From Cyclobacteriaceae bacterium (GTDB taxonomy: Bacteria > Bacteroidota > Bacteroidia > Cytophagales > Cyclobacteriaceae), in contig JBNKGL010000002.1 of NCBI GenBank assembly GCA_050289805.1, positions 154,643 to 218,642 of the forward strand: a stretch of DNA of 64,000 bases, given 5' to 3'. Within the stretch, counting starts at the first letter, position 1. Every line of letters begins with the position of its first letter. Both the position numbers and the translations under genes were made by a program. Shown piece after piece: positions 58,140 to 64,000 of the stretch. The notes beneath the pieces are model-generated. The model saw only the letters and a list, made by a program, of their open reading frames with translations. It had not been told where the DNA came from and ran no database searches.

Positions 58140-58832
58140 ATGAAATATAAGCATACGATTCTCCTTATTGTTACATTCCTGTTCCTGGCAACAGGATCAT
58201 TATTTGCCCAGCAGTCTCAGGAAAGAAATGTCGGTTCATTCAGCGAAATAAAAGTTGGTGAGGCGATCGATCTTTATCTCATCCCGGGTTCTGAAGACAA
58301 GCTGCGAATAGAAATTGAAGATGGCCGCTTCGATGACGTTGAAACAAAAGTATCCGGCGGCACGCTCAAAATCGGTATGCGGCCTGGTAATTACAGGCAT
58401 GCCGTAAAGGTATACGCCACATATCGCAAGCTTGATGGTATCACCGCCACAAGTGCCAGTAATGTCTATACCGAAGGGACACTCCGTACCAACAGACTCA
58501 ATATTTCAATTTCCAGTGCAGCATCTGCTGAGATGGAGATTGAGGCAGAATTACTTCAGATAAGTGTGAGTAGTTCAGGCGATCTGGAAATAAGCGGAAC
58601 GGCGCAAAATGCGAATATAGATGTATCCAGTGCAGGCGACGTGGATGCCTATGACCTGGTGGTTGACAATGTTCAGGTACAGGCGAGCAGCGCCGGTGAT
58701 GCCAAGGTATATGCAAAAAACGCCATCCAGGCCCATGCCAGCAGTGGCGGATCTGTAAAATATCGCGGCAATCCACCACGATCGCAAACAGACAGCAGCA
58801 GTGGAGGCTCTGTAAGGAAATCAGGAGAATAA
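58140..58832 (+). CDS. DUF2807 / head-GIN-domain protein (putative secreted beta-helix)
   Basis: Signal peptide. A repeated ~20-aa unit with SSAGD/SSSGD/SSGGS motifs. GSFSEIKVGEAIDLYL start typical of DUF2807. Confidence 0.7.
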   Translation: MKYKHTILLIVTFLFLATGSLFAQQSQERNVGSFSEIKVGEAIDLYLIPGSEDKLRIEIEDGRFDDVETKVSGGTLKIGMRPGNYRHAVKVYATYRKLDGITATSASNVYTEGTLRTNRLNISISSAASAEMEIEAELLQISVSSSGDLEISGTAQNANIDVSSAGDVDAYDLVVDNVQVQASSAGDAKVYAKNAIQAHASSGGSVKYRGNPPRSQTDSSSGGSVRKSGE

Positions 58833-58840
58833 AAATGAAA

Positions 58841-58870
58841 CCCTGGCAGAAATGTCAGGGTTATTTTTTT
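58841..58870. terminator. Bidirectional terminator after the DUF2807 gene (and the 96-aa minus ORF)
   Basis: 8-bp stem CCCTGGCA / TGTCAGGG (one G-U pair) with loop GAAA. It is followed by TTATTTTTTT and preceded by an A-rich stretch. Confidence 0.65.
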
Positions 58871-59151
58871 CGTCTTGCACGAAGACGTTCTTCCTGTTGA
58901 TTTAATTCAAAATTCAACAATGCGTCATGGAAATGCCTGAAATAGTCATCCGTGATTGCACTTGCCGATGTGTCAAAATGAGACACATTTTTCCATTTGC
59001 CTGATAACTTCTGAATCGAAAAATTAATCATATTCTTTCTGTTCAGTCTTAAAAATCCGTTGGTCTGAAGAAACTCATACCAAACAAGTATGCATAACGA
59101 GTAAAACGGAAAAAATGTTCTATAATTATAAAAAGTGTTAATATCGTACAT
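58861..59151 (-). CDS. Hypothetical 96-aa protein (uncertain)
   Basis: An ATG-initiated ORF in an AT-rich gap. Its stop abuts the bidirectional hairpin at 58841-58860, which favours a real convergent gene. Composition is aromatic-rich and unusual. No family recognised. Confidence 0.35.
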   Translation of the reverse strand: MYDINTFYNYRTFFPFYSLCILVWYEFLQTNGFLRLNRKNMINFSIQKLSGKWKNVSHFDTSASAITDDYFRHFHDALLNFELNQQEERLRARRKK

Positions 59152-59161
59152 GATATGTACG
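59145..59161. repeat. Perfect inverted repeat CGTACAT-GAT-ATGTACG (operator-like palindrome)
   Basis: 7-bp arms with a 3-nt spacer, read directly from the sequence. It spans the start codon of the 96-aa minus ORF and lies 118 nt upstream of the DUF4407 gene. Confidence 0.5.
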
Positions 59162-59278
59162 GAATTGAACAGGTACGAAACGGGAAATCGACCGTTTGCA
59201 TACGATAAAGCCTGATTTTATTGATGGCATATCTATTGTGGTTACACAACAGATCTGAACTTTTTACGTTATCACCGC

Positions 59279-60331
59279 ATGAATAGCATCACTCGTTTTT
59301 TTTGGGTTTGTTCAGGAGCACATCTTGATACCCTCGAGCAATGCCCCAGTGAGTCATCCAAATATACAGGTATAGGGGCTACCATATTTTTCACCGGATT
59401 GTTTGCCGCCATTGCTGCAGGTTATGCCTTATACACCGTTTTTGACAATGCCATTTGGGCCAGTCTCTTCGGGTTGGTCTGGGGATTGATGATTTTCAAT
59501 CTTGACCGATATATTGTGTCCGGGATGCGGAAGGAGGGATCCCCATGGAAACAGGGACTCACTGCGATGCCACGTCTGATTCTTGCACTGCTCATTTCCC
59601 TTGTTATTGCAAAGCCTCTTGAATTGAAGATTTTTGAAAAGGAAATTGGCGAGGAACTGTTGGTAATGCATCAGGAAAAGAAAAAGGAGCAGGAGGAACT
59701 TATCCGTGATCGGTATGAAGCAGATCGGAATTTAGCGGAATTGCAGATTCAGAATTTGCAAAATGAAATAAACGAAAAAGCATCTGTGCGGGATGACCTG
59801 GCACGAATTGCGCGTGAAGAGGCGGATGGCACAGGTGGAACGATGCAAAGAAATGCCGGCCCAATCTACAAGATCAAAAAGGCCGATGCCGACAGGGCGG
59901 AAGAGGAGTTTGAAGAAGTTCGTAAAAGAAATACGGAACTGATCGCAGAACAGCGCGGGCAGCTGGCCTTGGTCGATAGCGCTATGCTGGCAGATCGTGC
60001 CTCCATGAATGCAGAAGTTGCGGATGGCCCTGCGGCGCGAATGGATGCTTTAAGCAGGCTTACAAAAGAGAGCAGTGCCATCTGGATGGCTAATATTTTC
60101 ATTATTCTCCTATTCCTGGCAGTGGAAACTGCCCCGATTTTTGTGAAACTTATTTCCTATAAAGGCCCCTATGATCATCAGGTAAGGGTAGTGGAATATC
60201 CATACGAAACAAATCGTATTGAGAAAATCGCGAGAAATACAGCGGAAACAAGGGAGAAAACTGCCGACTTGCCTGAATTCGACCGGAAGCAGGCGAATGA
60301 TAAACTTGATGTTCTGTTAAAGTCAGGGTAA
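59279..60331 (+). CDS. DUF4407-family membrane/coiled-coil protein
   Basis: FFWVCSGAHLDTLEQCPSESSKYTGIGATIFFTGLFAAIAAGYALYTVF matches my recollection of the DUF4407 N-terminus. It has 3 N-terminal TM segments, a ~150-aa charged coiled coil and 1 C-terminal TM segment. Confidence 0.65.
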   Translation: MNSITRFFWVCSGAHLDTLEQCPSESSKYTGIGATIFFTGLFAAIAAGYALYTVFDNAIWASLFGLVWGLMIFNLDRYIVSGMRKEGSPWKQGLTAMPRLILALLISLVIAKPLELKIFEKEIGEELLVMHQEKKKEQEELIRDRYEADRNLAELQIQNLQNEINEKASVRDDLARIAREEADGTGGTMQRNAGPIYKIKKADADRAEEEFEEVRKRNTELIAEQRGQLALVDSAMLADRASMNAEVADGPAARMDALSRLTKESSAIWMANIFIILLFLAVETAPIFVKLISYKGPYDHQVRVVEYPYETNRIEKIARNTAETREKTADLPEFDRKQANDKLDVLLKSG

Positions 60332-61258
60332 ACCGGAACCTTGTTCTTCCCAGTGACGATCTTCCATTGTATGCTGAAATAGCAAACCAATCAGTGAGCT
60401 AATTGCTGTGAGTAGAAAGAATAAAAGTGATACGGCCACTGAAATTTCCTGATCCAATCCGAAGAACTGTGCTCCATACAGGAACACAAGTTCCCGCAAT
60501 CCCAATCCACCAATAGTTACGGGGATGATGGTTGCCACCGAAGACGCCAGGAAGATTGATAAATAGGCGATGATATTACTATCAATCTGTAATCCATACA
60601 GAAGGGCAAGGACTGAACCCATTTGAATGATCTGCACGCCAAGCGAAAGCGGGAGTGTCACAGGTAAAACCTTCCTGAAACGGGGGAATATTTTTACATA
60701 AATGAATATGCCAACAGGTATTGAAAGGATTGCCATCCAGAATATCCATGAAGGAACTTCCGGGAGCGAAGGAATTAGCACATAGCTCATCGCAACGATC
60801 AGCATATATATTGCCATCAGACCATTGAGACGATCGGCGATCATGGCTTTAATCAACCCTGAAAGGGGAACCCCAAACCGTGTTTTCAGGAGGTACGCTT
60901 TATATCCATCTCCACCCACACCTCCTGGAAGGAGCAGGTTGTAGAACATCCCGATATAGTAGAGTTTCAGATTAAAAATTTCCGTTATATGAATTCCGAT
61001 GCTTTGGAAAAATTTGTTTAACCTGAAGCTGCTCAGGACCTGGGATGCATTAAAGGCAATCAGTGCAGCGATTACAAACAGGGGATTGCTTGAGGCCAGG
61101 TACTTAAGTGACGTGTTGAAATCTATTTGTGTATAGAGCAGGTAAAGTGCAATGAATGACCCGGCAACCTTAATTATTAACTTGAGCCGTTCTTTCAACT
61201 TCGATTGGCCTGGAGATGATGCGCCTGATTTTATAGATTGTTTTGTGCTGGGATTCAT
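60323..61258 (-). CDS. Flippase-like (LPG-synthase TM / UPF0104 YbhN-like) membrane protein
   Basis: Multi-TM with LLPGGVGGDGYKAYLL. The start is uncertain. The ATG at 61258 gives an 89-nt overlap with the upstream GT2, and the TTG at 61198 gives 29 nt. No in-frame start exists downstream of the GT2 stop. Confidence 0.7.
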   Translation of the reverse strand: MNPSTKQSIKSGASSPGQSKLKERLKLIIKVAGSFIALYLLYTQIDFNTSLKYLASSNPLFVIAALIAFNASQVLSSFRLNKFFQSIGIHITEIFNLKLYYIGMFYNLLLPGGVGGDGYKAYLLKTRFGVPLSGLIKAMIADRLNGLMAIYMLIVAMSYVLIPSLPEVPSWIFWMAILSIPVGIFIYVKIFPRFRKVLPVTLPLSLGVQIIQMGSVLALLYGLQIDSNIIAYLSIFLASSVATIIPVTIGGLGLRELVFLYGAQFFGLDQEISVAVSLLFFLLTAISSLIGLLFQHTMEDRHWEEQGSGLP

Positions 61259-62150
61259 AATAAGTACGCATGATAAGTTCCATAATGATGCCAAAGGTGA
61301 GGAGCTGAATTCCGCCAATCAGTAGAATTGCGCCAAGGATGAGAATAGGTCTTCCCCATATATCCTGTCCCATAATTTTTAAAATGAGCAGGTAAATATA
61401 AATCGCAGTTCCAATTGCCATTGAAATAATACCTGCAGGCCCAAAGAGGTGGATAGGCCTCTTGAGATATTTCTGAAGGAAAAGCAACAGTATTAAATCA
61501 CTTACCACCCGCATGGTACGACCAATTCCGTACTTTGACTGCCCGAATTGACGCGGATGGTGTTTTACATCCATTTCGGCAATTCGTGCCCCGTCAAGGC
61601 TTGCAAGGATCGGGATGAACCGGTGCATTTCACCGTACAGACGCAGGTTTTTTGCCGTATCACTTCGAAACACTTTCAATGTACAGCCATAGTCATGGAC
61701 ATGCACACTGGAGAAATTTCGTATTAAATAATTTGCGATTTTACTGGGCACCTTTCTTAAGATGAACCCATCCTGACGATTTTTTCTGTTTCCAACAACC
61801 ACATCCTGATCTTCCTTCAGTAGCTTTTCCAGCATTTCAGGGATATCGGTCGGGTCGTTCTGAAGGTCGGCATCCATCGTTGCAATAAATTCGCCCTTGG
61901 CTTGTCCGATACCGGCTGCCATGGCGGCGGTCTGACCATAATTTCTGTTCAAAACGACGATATGGTGATTTTCCCCGATGTATTTCTGCAGCTCCGCCAC
62001 CGTTCCGTCTGTTGATCCGTCATCCACAAAAATCACCTCATAATTTAACCCCTCCAAGGCGTTGTCGATGTTTTTAACAAGATGCGGTACATTTTCCCGC
62101 TCATTAAGAAGCGTGGTAACAACTGAAATTTTCGGGGAGGCTACTTCCAT
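61170..62150 (-). CDS. GT2 polyprenyl-phosphate glycosyltransferase (GtrB/ArnC-like)
   Basis: Motifs ISVVTTLLNERENV, FVDDGSTDGT, MDADLQNDP and YGEMHRFIP, with 2 C-terminal TM segments. Paralogue of 25322-26290. ATG at 62150 (the listed start 62162 is a TTG). Confidence 0.85.
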   Translation of the reverse strand: MEVASPKISVVTTLLNERENVPHLVKNIDNALEGLNYEVIFVDDGSTDGTVAELQKYIGENHHIVVLNRNYGQTAAMAAGIGQAKGEFIATMDADLQNDPTDIPEMLEKLLKEDQDVVVGNRKNRQDGFILRKVPSKIANYLIRNFSSVHVHDYGCTLKVFRSDTAKNLRLYGEMHRFIPILASLDGARIAEMDVKHHPRQFGQSKYGIGRTMRVVSDLILLLFLQKYLKRPIHLFGPAGIISMAIGTAIYIYLLILKIMGQDIWGRPILILGAILLIGGIQLLTFGIIMELIMRTYYESQHKTIYKIRRIISRPIEVERTAQVNN

Positions 62151-62563
62151 GATAATTTTCAAAATGATTTAATAAGCTACGTAATTGTAAACTTATTTGT
62201 TCAAAATAAATAACGCCATTTTGTGCGAGCTAATTTAGGAATTATTGAAATATGGAGCGAAAATTTCCATTAATACTACTGCTTCTCACAATAATCCTAT
62301 GTTTTGCCAATATCGGGGGCAATAAGGAAACCTGCATCCATGACGATACCAAAACACTTATTAAATGAATGCCGAATGTTAATTCGCAATATAGATATAC
62401 AGGTAACTAACTGGCTCATGGCATTGAATATGAAATCTGCGTTACATGGGCCGAAATACGATATTTATTAGGAGTAAGATGATTTTCCAGGCGATTTTCT
62501 GAATGATAACGATATATTTTTAAAATGATGGATCAATTATTACCCTCATGGTCAAAATATTGA

Positions 62564-62571
62564 TATTTTTG
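62564..62571 (+). promoter_or_regulatory. -7 box (TAnnTTTG) for glnN
   Basis: Exact TATTTTTG, 28 nt upstream of the ATG at 62600. Confidence 0.4.
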
Positions 62572-62599
62572 TTTTTACATTAAATAAATCAACAACCAC

Positions 62600-64000
62600 A
62601 TGACTACAATGCGAAAAAAGGCCCTCGAGAGGGCAAATAGTCGTCCTAAGATTAAAGTTGAATCACCGGGACGAATTTCAGAATATTTCGGTCAGGATGT
62701 TTTCGGCTTACTGGAAATGCAAAAACTTCTTGCTCCGGATGTTTTTAAAAAAGTAAGCAGAGCAATAGATGAAGGCACCAAGATTGATATTGAAACTGCT
62801 GATGCAGTAGCATCCGCTGCAAAGTCCTGGGCAACCTCTAAGGGAGCCACTCATTATACCCACTGGTTTCAGCCCCTTACAGGATCTACTGCTGAAAAAC
62901 ATGATACATTTTTCGATTCACTTTCGGGTATAGAAAAATTCAAAGGTACCGAGCTTGTACAGCAGGAACCGGATGCATCTTCATTTCCAAGCGGAGGTAT
63001 TCGCAGTACTTTTGAAGCACGTGGTTATACGGCCTGGGATCCTTCGTCTCCGATGTTTATTTATGGTGTGACGCTCTGTATCCCTACAATTTTCGTATCA
63101 TTTACCGGAGAATTACTGGATAATAAGGCACCTCTGATGAAAGCCGTGGATGCGGTAGATCAGGCGGCCACGCGGGTTGTTCAGCTGTTTGATAAGAAGG
63201 TGACTCGTGTTAAACCTTCACTGGGATGTGAACAGGAATATTTTGTCGTTGACAAGGACCTTTATAATGCCCGTCCCGACCTGGTAATGGGAGGACGTAC
63301 TGTATTTGGGCATAACCCCGCGAGAGGACAGCAGCTTGATGACCATTATTTCGGCTCGATCCCTCCGCGTATTTATAATTACATGAAGGATTTTGAAATC
63401 GAAGCCCTGAAACTTGGCATTCCTGTGAGTACACGACACAATGAGGTGGCTCCAAGTCAGTTCGAAGTTGCTCCCGTTTTTGAAGACATCAACGTAGCTA
63501 CGGATCATAACCAGCTGCTGATGGATGTGATGTCGAAAGTGGCAGAACGTCATAATCTTAAAGTTCTTTTTCATGAGAAGCCATTTGCCGGACTGAACGG
63601 TACGGGAAAGCATAATAACTGGTCATTGATTACCAATACAGGAATTAACCTGTTCAAGCCGAGCAGCAGTGCACGGGAAAACCTGTTGTTCCTGGTATTC
63701 TTTGTGAATACGATTAAGGCGGTTTATGAATATGCAGATCTACTTCGCGCAAGCATTGCATCTGCCGGTAACGACCATCGTCTGGGAGCAAACGAGGCTC
63801 CACCTGCGATCATGTCTGTATTTATCGGTTCTACACTTACCGCAGTTCTTGATGAACTTGAGAAGAATGGTAATGTGAAGGTGGAGAAGGGAGATAACAT
63901 GTACATGAAGCTTGGAATTGATAAGATTCCCCAGATCATACTGGATAATACAGACCGTAACCGTACGTCGCCTTTTGCCTTTACTGGTAATAAGTTTGAG
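62600..64000 (+). CDS. glnN: Glutamine synthetase type III (3' end outside the window). Not in the ORF track because it has no stop.
   Basis: My own translation from the ATG at 62600 is open to the window end (467 codons). It contains GATHYTHWFQPLTGSTAEKHD, QQEPDASSFPSGGIRSTFEARGYTAWDP, CEQEYFVVDK, TRHNEVAPSQFEVAP and HEKPFAGLNGTGKHNNWSL. Confidence 0.9.
   Translation, partial: MTTMRKKALERANSRPKIKVESPGRISEYFGQDVFGLLEMQKLLAPDVFKKVSRAIDEGTKIDIETADAVASAAKSWATSKGATHYTHWFQPLTGSTAEKHDTFFDSLSGIEKFKGTELVQQEPDASSFPSGGIRSTFEARGYTAWDPSSPMFIYGVTLCIPTIFVSFTGELLDNKAPLMKAVDAVDQAATRVVQLFDKKVTRVKPSLGCEQEYFVVDKDLYNARPDLVMGGRTVFGHNPARGQQLDDHYFGSIPPRIYNYMKDFEIEALKLGIPVSTRHNEVAPSQFEVAPVFEDINVATDHNQLLMDVMSKVAERHNLKVLFHEKPFAGLNGTGKHNNWSLITNTGINLFKPSSSARENLLFLVFFVNTIKAVYEYADLLRASIASAGNDHRLGANEAPPAIMSVFIGSTLTAVLDELEKNGNVKVEKGDNMYMKLGIDKIPQIILDNTDRNRTSPFAFTGNKFE

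Noticed and set aside
48032-60331. I considered whether the AddAB-like pair, TerB protein and DUF4407 protein form a phage-defence island.
   Set aside because: The genes are separated by ordinary metabolic genes (amidohydrolase, D-TA enzyme, OMP). The helicase-nuclease pair has the full AddAB signature of a repair enzyme. The TerB protein is a lone small gene without TerY, phosphatase or kinase partners. No methyltransferase, ATPase-nuclease or other hallmark defence partners are adjacent.
3389-62162. N-terminal extensions are present in the ORF track for pyrR, the haem-binding protein, the BatA gene, the 32351 ORF, purB, pentein 1, menA, usp, the D-TA enzyme, TerB and GT2.
   Set aside because: I checked the codons and these listed starts are TTG or GTG. 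In each case a downstream ATG gives a proper signal peptide or family-typical N-terminus. That ATG is often preceded by an exact TAnnTTTG box that would fall inside the extension, or the extension would run into the upstream gene.
62252-62368. I considered whether the 38-aa ORF with an internal GG is a double-glycine-leader bacteriocin precursor.
   Set aside because: The N-terminal part is strongly hydrophobic, like a signal peptide or TM segment. It is not the amphipathic, acidic double-glycine leader type. No C39 peptidase, ABC exporter or modification genes are nearby. It is kept only as a low-confidence note inside the glnN-leader finding.
1-64000. I searched by eye for tRNA, rRNA, CRISPR arrays, IS elements, integrases and terminal inverted repeats.
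   Set aside because: No T-loop-like GGTTCGAATCC-type sequence or cloverleaf candidate appears in any intergenic gap. There are no regularly spaced direct repeats and no transposase, integrase or reverse-transcriptase-like ORF. Gaps are short and gene content is core-like. A tRNAscan, Infernal or CRISPR finder run would be the formal check.

Overview
This 64-kb window is a densely coding chromosomal segment with about 54 protein genes, tiny intergenic gaps and many overlapping stop/start codons. It is most consistent with a Bacteroidota genome. Supporting signals are a T9SS C-terminal sorting domain on an M1 peptidase, a BatA-domain protein, tandem DUF4199 genes, a type III glutamine synthetase, and exact TAnnTTTG (-7) boxes 10-25 nt upstream of many start codons.

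The content is mostly housekeeping:
- IcmF-type acyl-CoA mutase (5' partial)
- pyrR-pyrB and a CBS-domain cystathionine beta-synthase
- pyruvate carboxylase, plsC, ssb, purB, argS, menA
- an AddAB-type helicase-nuclease pair
- a MacA/MacB-permease/TolC efflux set
- several GT2 glycosyltransferases
- glnN (3' partial)

By eye I found no rRNA, tRNA, CRISPR array, transposase, integrase or recognisable defence or toxin-antitoxin module, so this does not look like a classical accessory island.

The most interesting locus is an arginine-centred divergon at 37.8-46.4 kb. speA faces a translationally packed operon of two guanidino-modifying (pentein) enzymes, a deoxyhypusine-synthase-like protein, a GNAT/carbon-nitrogen-hydrolase fusion, argS and menA. 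This is a candidate non-canonical agmatine-to-homospermidine or arginine-salvage route.

Other points worth a second look:
- a dihydroorotase homologue that has lost every metal and catalytic residue, co-packed with DUF4199 and GT2 genes
- a tail-less SSB
- an ATPase-less MacAB-TolC set
- an unlisted 53-aa DUF1328 gene
- an orphan terminator-like hairpin
- an AT-rich palindrome-bearing gap next to a DUF4407 gene
- a striking lack of spacing at convergent gene ends

All functional calls rest on motif recognition in the supplied translations. No database search was run.
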